A stretch of 40,535 nucleotides of DNA from a virus (taxonomy: Duplodnaviria; Caudoviricetes), in the IMG/VR virus record IMGVR_UViG_3300044455_000042, positions 1 to 40,535 of that record. One strand, written 5' to 3'. A model generated the notes under the pieces. That model saw nothing but the letters and a program-made list of their open reading frames with translations, ran no database searches and was not told the DNA's origin. Below, piece after piece: positions 33,873 through 40,535 of the stretch. The position numbers and the translations under genes are program-made. Position 1 is the first letter of the stretch, and every line of letters begins with the position of its first letter.

Positions 33873-34015
33873 AGCTCGGTTCCTCCGTTTGCTTGGAATG
33901 GTTGCTGGTGATCGATTTCAAACTTGTCGGACAGTTCCTCCGCGCAGATTGCGCACTTGCCGTCTTGCAAGAGAAAAAGCTGAACGCGCTGAGATTTCGA
34001 CGCACATCGCGCCAT
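33785..34015 (-). CDS. Small HNH endonuclease (McrA-type zinc finger)
   Basis: QDGKCAIC...FEIDHQQPFQANGGTELWNLQAVCLSCHKSKT; ATG 34015. Confidence 0.85.
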   Translation of the reverse strand: MARCASKSQRVQLFLLQDGKCAICAEELSDKFEIDHQQPFQANGGTELWNLQAVCLSCHKSKTALANRYGKVSARS

Positions 34016-34068
34016 CACAGATCCTGTCTGTTGAGTTTCGCCTCGGCCGGGCCAGCCCCCGGCCGTCG

Positions 34069-34332
34069 TCACGCGCGCGTGGCGCGCTTCGGTTCGTCGT
34101 CGTTCGGTTGCCTCTTGCCTGCGCGTGCCGGTTCGAAATCGAAGACGGCGCGCGCAACGGTGATGCCGCGCGGAGCGAGTGCGCGTTCGATGCGGTCGAG
34201 GGTCCATGCCGGAAAGCGGCCCGCCCGGCGCCACGCATAGGTCAGCGGTGTTGACACGCCGGTGAGTTCCGCCAAGGCGCGGAACCCGCCGGTGGCATCC
34301 AGAACCGCATCAAAGGTAGTCAGGTGTTTCAC
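34069..34332 (-). CDS. Cro-like HTH repressor
   Basis: VLDATGGFRALAELTGVS...YAWRRAGRFPA pattern; divergent from cI. Confidence 0.85.
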   Translation of the reverse strand: MKHLTTFDAVLDATGGFRALAELTGVSTPLTYAWRRAGRFPAWTLDRIERALAPRGITVARAVFDFEPARAGKRQPNDDEPKRATRA

Positions 34333-34368
34333 GCCAAGGGTTCCCCAGGCGGGTTATAAGTGTTAATA

Positions 34369-34384
34369 TTGACAAATCGTCAAG
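34369..34384. promoter_or_regulatory. Putative repressor operator (OR-like)
   Basis: Dyad TTGAC-AAATC-GTCAA in the cro/cI spacer; same dyad at 35037-35053. Confidence 0.75.
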
Positions 34385-34423
34385 TCGGACGCAAGGGGTT
34401 TCTGTCTGTAGAGGGACTCGGCA

Positions 34424-34777
34424 ATGAGGGTTAGCAAGTTGCGAATGGTTAGACCCAAGCGGCCGCCGCAGACGAGCCTGGACGACAGCGACCAGGCCGT
34501 CGGCCGGCGTGTCCGCTTAGTGCGCAAGGCCTATGGGCTTACCGGCCAGCAGTTGGCCGACAAGCTCGGCATCACGATCAGTTCGCTTTCGAAGATCGAG
34601 AACGGCGAGCGACGGCTTGATCCGCGCCACGCAAGCAAGCTGCTGTTGGCATTCGGCGTCGATCACACTTGGCTTTATTGCGGACTGCCTAGCGGACTGA
34701 CTGATACGACGTTGAAGCGTCTGGAAGAGGCGGAACGCACCTCTTCCTCCGGGTCGGAGTCCTCCCGGTCGGCTTGA
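34424..34777 (+). CDS. CI-like XRE-family HTH repressor without S24 peptidase domain
   Basis: VGRRVRLVRKAYGLTGQQLADKLGITISSLSKIENGER...FGVDHTWLYCG; 117 aa. Confidence 0.9.
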   Translation: MRVSKLRMVRPKRPPQTSLDDSDQAVGRRVRLVRKAYGLTGQQLADKLGITISSLSKIENGERRLDPRHASKLLLAFGVDHTWLYCGLPSGLTDTTLKRLEEAERTSSSGSESSRSA

Positions 34778-34929
34778 GGGGAAGCGGCAATCAGAACGTC
34801 CTCGACGTGGCGCACCGCACAATTGCGTGCGTATTTCAGTTCGTCGACATCGTTTGTGAGTTCGAGAAAGAACTTGTCGACCTTTCGCTTCAGCTTGAGT
34901 TGCCGTCGCGGCGATAAGCTTGTTTTCAT
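34675..34929 (-). CDS. Possible small hypothetical protein convergent with cI
   Basis: MKTSLSPRRQLKLKRKVDKFFLELTNDVDELKYAR... helical; overlaps the cI 3' end; no clear SD. Confidence 0.35.
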   Translation of the reverse strand: MKTSLSPRRQLKLKRKVDKFFLELTNDVDELKYARNCAVRHVEDVLIAASPQADREDSDPEEEVRSASSRRFNVVSVSPLGSPQ

Positions 34930-35036
34930 TTCAAATTTCCTAGCGTTGCGGGTTGGGCTCCCTCTTCTATGTAGCCAGCCGACCACCGGCCACATCTTGC
35001 GCTTGACGATTTAGGCTGTGACTTCAACGGAGCCGC

Positions 35037-35053
35037 CTTGACGAATTGTCAAG
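35037..35053. promoter_or_regulatory. Putative repressor operator (OL-like)
   Basis: CTTGAC-GAATT-GTCAAG dyad; extra half-site CTTGACGATTT at 35002-35012. Confidence 0.75.
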
Positions 35054-35062
35054 TGCGGAGTA

Positions 35063-35078
35063 TTAATTTGACATTAAC
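35063..35078. promoter_or_regulatory. CtrA-binding site
   Basis: TTAA-TTTGACA-TTAAC matches TTAA-N7-TTAAC. Confidence 0.7.
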
Positions 35079-35214
35079 CTGTGCGGCAACTTCGTGCAAC
35101 CACACCGGTGACCCCCTGCCATGCGACATTGTCGTCCGATCGGTCAGCGTGTCTGCCCCATCCACGGCATCCAACACGATCGACCAGACTCCCACACGAT
35201 ATCGGTAGCGCGTT

Positions 35215-35724
35215 ATGGCTGACCGCCTCGATCCGACCTTCGTCCGCGCACAGATAGCGCTGCTGCGCGTCACGCACCCCAACATATGGGACGAGGGCGA
35301 CGATCAACTGATCGCCGACATGCTCGAGGGGTCAACGGATCTGCACGAGTTTCTTGCCGCCGTCGTGCGCCGCATGGTTGAGGCCACGGCATTCGCCGCC
35401 GGCATCGAGGCGATGATCGACCAGATGAAAGCCCGCCGCGACCGGTTCAACCAGCGTACCGAGGCGATGCGCGGGCTGGCTCTGTCCATCATAACCGCGG
35501 CGCAGATCAAACGACTGGAACTACCCGAAGCCACGCTGTCTGTCGTGAAGCCGCGCGAGCGCGTTGTCGTTGCCAATGATGCCGATGTGCCCGCCACCTA
35601 CTGCCACCCGCCCGTAGTGAAGCCGGACCTCAAGAAGATCAAGGCGGCGCTAGATGCGGGCGAACGGTTCAATTGGGCATCCATCCAAGTCGGCGAGCCG
35701 ACGTTGATGGTACGGATTCGGTGA
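35215..35724 (+). CDS. Siphovirus Gp157-family protein
   Basis: DDQLIADMLEGSTDL, coiled coil, LELPEATLS, KPDLKKIKAALDAGE motifs. Confidence 0.88.
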   Translation: MADRLDPTFVRAQIALLRVTHPNIWDEGDDQLIADMLEGSTDLHEFLAAVVRRMVEATAFAAGIEAMIDQMKARRDRFNQRTEAMRGLALSIITAAQIKRLELPEATLSVVKPRERVVVANDADVPATYCHPPVVKPDLKKIKAALDAGERFNWASIQVGEPTLMVRIR

Positions 35725-36191
35725 TGGTTAACCCCGGTAAGCTTAAGCCGCTGTCTGAACGCTTTTGGCCTAAGGTCAAAAAGTCAGGGCCAGATGATTG
35801 CTGGATATGGATAGGCGCGAAGATGAGCCGAGGCTATGGCGTCATCAGCAAGGGCCACCATGTTGAGGGGAGGGCACTTGCGCATCGCATCTCATATGAA
35901 ATGCAAAACGGTCCCATTCCTGACGCCGCTTTATTTGTTTGCCACCGATGCGACACACCGGATTGCGTTAATCCGCATCATCTTTTCTTGGGAACCAATG
36001 CCGACAACGTGAGGGATTGCTACGCCAAAGGCCGCCGAACGGCGCCTCGTAGCCCGAAGCTTTCGGAGCAAAACATTGTAGCGATCCGCGCTTCGGGAGT
36101 CTCCTGCCTGACGCTAGCAGACCAATTCAGCGTTCATCACTCGACCATCACTTCTATCCGCCGCCGCAAAACATGGAAGAACGTCAAATGA
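35724..36191 (+). CDS. Free-standing HNH homing endonuclease (HNH_3-like plus HTH)
   Basis: RFWPKV...CWIWIG...GYG...AHRISY...VCHRCDTPDCVNPHHLFLGTNADNVRD...KGR. Confidence 0.92.
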   Translation: MVNPGKLKPLSERFWPKVKKSGPDDCWIWIGAKMSRGYGVISKGHHVEGRALAHRISYEMQNGPIPDAALFVCHRCDTPDCVNPHHLFLGTNADNVRDCYAKGRRTAPRSPKLSEQNIVAIRASGVSCLTLADQFSVHHSTITSIRRRKTWKNVK

Positions 36192-36964
36192 GCGCCGTCG
36201 AGCAAGCCGCACCGCAGAACGCCATCGGCCAGACTGTCGACGACGTGATCGCCCGTGGCGACCTGTCGAAACTGTCGCCCGAGGATCGGGTCGTGCATTA
36301 CCACAATGTATGCAAGTCGCTCGGACTGAACCCGTTCACGCAGCCGTTCCAGTACATCACGCTGAACGGCAAGCTGCAGCTCTACGCGCGGCGCGATGCC
36401 GCCGATCAGTTGCGCAAGCTGCACGGCATCAATATCGAGGTGGTTGATCGCTCGGTGCATAACGATCTGCTGACCGTGCATGTGCGCGCCACCGACAAGA
36501 GCGGGCGCCGGGATGAAGACTTCGGCGTCGTGTCGATCGGCGGGCTGAAGGGCGAGGCCGCCGCCAACGCTTTCCTGAAGTGTGTGACGAAGGCAAAGCG
36601 CCGCGTCACGCTGTCGATCTCGGGGCTCGGCTTTTCCGATGAAACCGAGATCGACGACATCCCCGGCGCCGAGCCGCAGTCGTTCGCCACGCCCACATTG
36701 CCGCCGAGGCCAGAGGCACCGTCCGTACCATCGAGCGACGACTATGTGGCGGGCTGGGAGGTGATGATCGAGAACGCGATCTCGGCCGACGATCTCACCA
36801 TGAAATGGAACGCCGAACGACCGCTGCGCGGCCAGATCGAATGGCGCGACGACAGGACACCGGCTCGCCTGAAGGAAGCCGTGACGCGCAGGATCGAGAA
36901 ACTGAGGCCAAAGGACAAGCGGCCGGATCTCACCACGCAGCGGCTGGAGGCGCAGGACACGTGA
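36188..36964 (+). CDS. Single-strand annealing recombinase (RecT/Red-beta-like; subfamily uncertain)
   Basis: CKSLGLNPFTQPF...LYARRD...ANAFLKCVTKAKRRVTLSISGLGF.DETEI; next to gp157. Confidence 0.7.
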   Translation: MSAVEQAAPQNAIGQTVDDVIARGDLSKLSPEDRVVHYHNVCKSLGLNPFTQPFQYITLNGKLQLYARRDAADQLRKLHGINIEVVDRSVHNDLLTVHVRATDKSGRRDEDFGVVSIGGLKGEAAANAFLKCVTKAKRRVTLSISGLGFSDETEIDDIPGAEPQSFATPTLPPRPEAPSVPSSDDYVAGWEVMIENAISADDLTMKWNAERPLRGQIEWRDDRTPARLKEAVTRRIEKLRPKDKRPDLTTQRLEAQDT

Positions 36965-37188
36965 ACGAGATGAACGAGGCCCTGCGCAAGGCGCTGCTGG
37001 ATGAACTGCTCTACCGCATGGCGGATCACGTCAACCGCGGCCTGGACGACGACGATGCCCTGATCGTGAGCGTCGAGGAAATCAAGCACATCATTCGCGG
37101 CAGCCGCCTCGGGCTGGTGCGGATGCTGATCGACAATGCGATGCGCGATGCGATCTATATGCGCGAGATGGGAACGACACCGCGCTAG
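36961..37188 (+). CDS. Hypothetical protein
   Basis: GTGA overlap; MNEMNEALRKALLDELLYRM... Confidence 0.65.
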   Translation: MNEMNEALRKALLDELLYRMADHVNRGLDDDDALIVSVEEIKHIIRGSRLGLVRMLIDNAMRDAIYMREMGTTPR

Positions 37189-37199
37189 GAGGCCCGGCC

Positions 37200-37454
37200 A
37201 TGCCAATCCCGCCCGACGAACTTAGCGCGTTCTTCGATCGCCATTACGATGAGGTGCGCAAGCACTGGGACTGCTCGGTCGACAGCGGGCACATGACGGA
37301 CATTGCCCTGCAACGCAGGGAAGTTCGCATGGACGCTATCGGCGCGATACTGCGCGCGCTCGGCGAGGGTCAAGCCGTGCTGACGTACAACCAACCGCCC
37401 GCGCGCGAGCCGTCGCCATTCATCGTGCTACCGCGGGCGCACGCCGATGACTGA
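37200..37454 (+). CDS. Hypothetical protein
   Basis: SD AGGAGG; 84 aa. Confidence 0.75.
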   Translation: MPIPPDELSAFFDRHYDEVRKHWDCSVDSGHMTDIALQRREVRMDAIGAILRALGEGQAVLTYNQPPAREPSPFIVLPRAHADD

Positions 37455-37926
37455 GTTTCAGATTGCCGTCGAAGCCCCCCGGCCGAATGGCGGCAATCGT
37501 GCCGGGAGCGGAATAGTACTGGGCCAGCCCCCAGGAAAATTCCCGCTCCCGGCTGCGCTATTGCTCGCCGCCATTCCGCTGCTGGTGTTCGGCGCGGTGG
37601 CGGTGTCTCGGCCGGCGCCGCCGGTGCCGGTCAAGCCGGTTCAATCGGAAGGCGTGCGCATGATCCGCATGGACACGCAGACATTCCGGGCGCGGTGGAT
37701 GCCGGTCAACGACATGCCGCCCGCCACAACCACAAACGAGAAGGGAAACGCACTCGACTTACGGGGAACTACGAGCGCGCCGGTGGTGGTGGTTGCGAGG
37801 CCACCACCACCGGCTGCCCGCATCGTGAAGCGAGCTTCGCTACGCCAGGACATCTGCGCGCGCCACGGCCTTCGGCGCGTAACATACACCGTGCGCGGAT
37901 ACCAGCACTGGAGATGCAGGCGATGA
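37447..37926 (+). CDS. Membrane-anchored hypothetical protein
   Basis: TM LPAALLLAAIPLLVFGAVAV; C-terminal DICARHGLRRV...WRCRR motif. Confidence 0.7.
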   Translation: MTEFQIAVEAPRPNGGNRAGSGIVLGQPPGKFPLPAALLLAAIPLLVFGAVAVSRPAPPVPVKPVQSEGVRMIRMDTQTFRARWMPVNDMPPATTTNEKGNALDLRGTTSAPVVVVARPPPPAARIVKRASLRQDICARHGLRRVTYTVRGYQHWRCRR

Positions 37927-38057
37927 CGCGCGTGGTCCTACGATCTTGGCGAAACTGGTGGCGATTGAAGTGTTGGCTGCACTGCTGCGGCGGCACCGTC
38001 GAGCACGATGGCAGGGTCCACTGGATGTGCGCTGAGTGCGGCAAGGTGGTCACATGA
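37923..38057 (+). CDS. 44-aa Cys/Trp-rich zinc-ribbon-like protein
   Basis: ATGA overlaps at both ends; CWLHCCGG...WMCAECGK. Confidence 0.55.
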   Translation: MTRVVLRSWRNWWRLKCWLHCCGGTVEHDGRVHWMCAECGKVVT

Positions 38058-38317
38058 CCAGCATCACAGAGCGGCTGCGCGAATTGATTGAGCAGACCGA
38101 CGCATTTGCCAACAACCGGCACCATTCGTTTGTGACCACGCAGCAAATGGCCCGCGAAAGCGCGGCTGCGTTAACGGAGGCCGCCGACGAGATCGATGCT
38201 CTGGAAGCTAATCTGGCGTCCAGAGACGACGCGCTGGCCGCCAAGTATGCCGAGATCGAGCGGCTGCGTGTCATGTACAACGACTGCATCAAAGATTTGC
38301 GCGAGGCATCAGAATGA
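38054..38317 (+). CDS. Coiled-coil early protein (ERLR...EAADEI type)
   Basis: MTSITERLRE...EAADEIDAL...AEIERLR. Confidence 0.75.
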   Translation: MTSITERLRELIEQTDAFANNRHHSFVTTQQMARESAAALTEAADEIDALEANLASRDDALAAKYAEIERLRVMYNDCIKDLREASE

Positions 38318-38338
38318 CCGAACAAGCAGAGAAGATTA

Positions 38339-38506
38339 ATGACTGACCCCGCCATCAAACTACAGCGTATCGAGGAAAAGCTGTGTACGTGCGGCGCCGC
38401 CGGAAGCGGTGAGGGACACACAGACTGGTGCCCAGCCGAAAAGTTCGACCGCATTCCGAAAAATATGCGCGCGGACGAGGCTCTTAAACGATTGGGATAC
38501 GTGTAA
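38339..38506 (+). CDS. 55-aa hypothetical protein with CxC...HxxWC motif
   Basis: Translated by hand: MTDPAIKLQRIEEKLCTCGAAGSGEGHTDWCPAEKFDRIPKNMRADEALKRLGYV; below the ORF-track cutoff. Confidence 0.55.
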   Translation: MTDPAIKLQRIEEKLCTCGAAGSGEGHTDWCPAEKFDRIPKNMRADEALKRLGYV

Positions 38507-38508
38507 AC

Positions 38509-38811
38509 ATGACCGACATCGTAGAGCGGCTGCGCGCAACGCAGTTTGACAAAGACAACATGCCACGAATGAAGCAGGAGAGGTGGTTTCCGGTGGGGCT
38601 TGCACTTGAGGCCGCTGACGAGATCGAGCGGCTGCGCGCGGATAACTACCGGATCGGTTATGCGCTTGAGGAGATCATCCAGTCTGCCGATGGCGATGAC
38701 TCCGAATACGGAGCGCCGACCAGCGGGTGGTACTGCATCTCCACGCACCTGATCGACCGGGCACGCTCCGCGCTTTCCGCAAAACCCGTTCCGCAAGGTG
38801 AAACGCCGTAA
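38509..38811 (+). CDS. Early protein (DIVERLR...EAADEIERLR type)
   Basis: MTDIVERLR...EAADEIERLR...ALEEI...ARSAL. Confidence 0.8.
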   Translation: MTDIVERLRATQFDKDNMPRMKQERWFPVGLALEAADEIERLRADNYRIGYALEEIIQSADGDDSEYGAPTSGWYCISTHLIDRARSALSAKPVPQGETP

Positions 38812-38821
38812 CGTCAAATGG

Positions 38822-38837
38822 TTAACGCTTCCTTAAC
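38822..38837. promoter_or_regulatory. CtrA-binding site upstream of xis-int
   Basis: TTAA-CGCTTCC-TTAAC matches TTAA-N7-TTAAC. Confidence 0.7.
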
Positions 38838-38853
38838 GAAACGGATTGTACCA

Positions 38854-39291
38854 ATGTCGCGTCATTCGAAGCCGGTCGGGGAACACCTCTATTGCACCGA
38901 GGAAGAAATAGCCGAGTTCGTGCTTGGTCCCGGCCGACTGCGGGACTGGCGCGATCGGGTGAAGGTCTTGGAGCGGCAGGGGCTCCCGCAATTCGATCCC
39001 CTGATGGGCGGCCGATACCGGCCCGCCGTGCGCGCGTTTTTCGACCGCCTGAATGGCATCACGAATGAGGTGCTGCCGAGCAGGGCGGATCAACCGGAGA
39101 AGTGGAAGTCATGCGAACCAACGTCGTCAGTCTCCCCGACCGCGGCCCCGGCGACGCCCCGGGACTTGAATATGCGAACAGGGCAGGGGGCAAGCGTGTC
39201 CCGCTTTGGCGCGCGCCCAAGAAAGCCGTCAGACTTGGCTTCGAACCGAAGTCCGTCGCGCTCGCCGCCGACCTCTCCGAAGTCGAGCTAG
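38854..39291 (+). CDS. Excisionase-like winged-helix protein
   Basis: LYCTEEEIAEFVLG...LERQGLPQFDPLMGGRYRPAVRAFFD; directly upstream of and overlapping int. Confidence 0.7.
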   Translation: MSRHSKPVGEHLYCTEEEIAEFVLGPGRLRDWRDRVKVLERQGLPQFDPLMGGRYRPAVRAFFDRLNGITNEVLPSRADQPEKWKSCEPTSSVSPTAAPATPRDLNMRTGQGASVSRFGARPRKPSDLASNRSPSRSPPTSPKSS

Positions 39292-40487
39292 CGTCGGCAT
39301 GTCGCCGTCTCCAGGCACAGGCACTCGAATTCATTGGGAGCGGCGAAAACCGTGAGCCGAAGTTCGACGGCTCGATCAAGTCACTGTGCGAACTGTTCCA
39401 AACGCACCGGCTCGGCCCGTTCAAGCGCACGACGAACCCGGCGAAGTGGAACTCGCTCGAAACCTACACCAAGGATCTGAAGAAAATCATCGATACTGTC
39501 GGCGGCCGGCAACTGCACCGGCTCACGGCAGACGATTTCCAGGACTGGTACGAGCACTGGCGCGAGCCGAAGACGCCGGGCGGCGCCCCGCTGATCGCGA
39601 CCGCGCACCGCACCATGACGATGGTGCGGATGGTGATGCGCTTCGGCATGATGATCGAGGCGTCACCGCATTGCGGGCGGCTCGGTGCGGAGCGCGACGG
39701 TGTCCTGGCGAACATGACGTTCCCGAACGCACCCCCGCGCACCGCGATGGTCACCGCCGAGATGATCGACAAGGCTTGCGAGTTTGTCCGCAGCCGGGGC
39801 TATTTCGAAATGGCGCTCGCGTTCGCCATTCAGTTCGAGACTGCGCTTCGGCCGAAGGATGTCATCGGGGAGTGGACGCCGAACAAGGCCGGTGAACCTG
39901 ATAACGAGCCGAGCCCCTTCACCACCGCCCGCACGCGCTGGGAGCATGGCCTGACCTGGGGCGAGCATGTCGATGCCGACCTGATCATGGCAAAGCCGAC
40001 CTGCAAGAGCCGGTTCACCAAGACCGTGGTTGCCGACTGGACCCTGTGCCCGATGATCATGCGCGAGCTTGCCTTCTTGCCCAAAGAGCAGCGCGTCGGC
40101 CCGGTGATCCGGCAAGGCGACTGGCATCTGCGCCGGCGGTTCGTCGAGAACGGCGAGTCGTTCGTCGAGCGCGTGCCGGGGCGGGCGGCCGGTCGCCCGT
40201 GGAACGCGACGGTGTTTTCGTTCGACGTGATGGAGCTGTTCCGCGAGCTGGCCGAGACGGACCCGCGCTTTGTCGGCGTCACAAACCGCGACCTGCGGTC
40301 GGGTGCGATCACCGAGGCGATGAACAAGCTGGAAGGCGAGGGCATCGAGATGGGTAACGTGCAAAAGCTCTACGGCACCCACGGCGAGCGCGGAACGACC
40401 CAGCGTTATAACCGTGTTAACCTTGAAAAGTGGCGGACGATGCACACCCGGCGGGTGGCAAACCGGCAGGCGGGAGGGACATCATGA
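39111..40487 (+). CDS. int: Tyrosine integrase
   Basis: Catalytic-type residues: QFETALRPKD (R), KPTCKS (K), RDLRSGAITEA (R), GTHG (H), TTQRYNR (Y); followed by the attP-like site. Confidence 0.9.
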   Translation: MRTNVVSLPDRGPGDAPGLEYANRAGGKRVPLWRAPKKAVRLGFEPKSVALAADLSEVELASACRRLQAQALEFIGSGENREPKFDGSIKSLCELFQTHRLGPFKRTTNPAKWNSLETYTKDLKKIIDTVGGRQLHRLTADDFQDWYEHWREPKTPGGAPLIATAHRTMTMVRMVMRFGMMIEASPHCGRLGAERDGVLANMTFPNAPPRTAMVTAEMIDKACEFVRSRGYFEMALAFAIQFETALRPKDVIGEWTPNKAGEPDNEPSPFTTARTRWEHGLTWGEHVDADLIMAKPTCKSRFTKTVVADWTLCPMIMRELAFLPKEQRVGPVIRQGDWHLRRRFVENGESFVERVPGRAAGRPWNATVFSFDVMELFRELAETDPRFVGVTNRDLRSGAITEAMNKLEGEGIEMGNVQKLYGTHGERGTTQRYNRVNLEKWRTMHTRRVANRQAGGTS

Positions 40488-40535
40488 GAACCCCATTTCG
40501 ATGAGCTTCCCACGGGGTTCCCATTTGTCCCACGG
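40409..40535. repeat. Terminal direct repeat, copy 2
   Basis: Identical to 1-127. Confidence 0.95.

Noticed and set aside
35025-35034. CAACGGAGCC complementary to the GGCTCCGTTG core of the 266/628 repeats
   Set aside because: A 10-nt GC-rich match is plausible by chance in 40 kb and the TACC half is absent; revisit only if the RNA switch is confirmed
35121-35222. 33-aa ORF upstream of gp157
   Set aside because: No SD and no recognisable features; cannot be supported from sequence alone

Overview
The window is a complete, circularly assembled temperate tailed-phage genome of about 40.4 kb; bases 1-127 repeat exactly at 40409-40535. Long-tail (siphovirus-type) morphology and an alphaproteobacterial, probably Rhizobiales-like, host are inferred. 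The minus strand (1888-34332) carries, in transcription order: Cro, an HNH/SF2-helicase/DNA-binding module, a DUF1376 replication gene with a likely origin, a late regulator, the packaging HNH, terminases, a PEP-CTERM-like moron, a fused protease-capsid gene placed before the portal, accessory virion genes, a four-gene glycosyl-/methyltransferase cassette, head-tail genes, a tail module with a -1 frameshift chaperone and GTA-like tip, and a GH19 lysis cassette. The plus strand (34424-40487) carries a short CI, Gp157, a homing HNH, a recombinase, small genes, xis and a tyrosine integrase, followed by a symmetrical attP-like site (about 83-240). The least explained region is 250-1120: two divergent promoter-like sequences precede a tRNA-like RNA (minus strand) and a three-way-junction RNA (plus strand) whose arm sequences are complementary to the ribosome-binding region of the next gene and to two upstream repeats, a candidate RNA-based regulatory switch. 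Two perfect CtrA boxes lie in early promoter regions. All family calls come from motif recognition by eye; no searches or folding programs were run.
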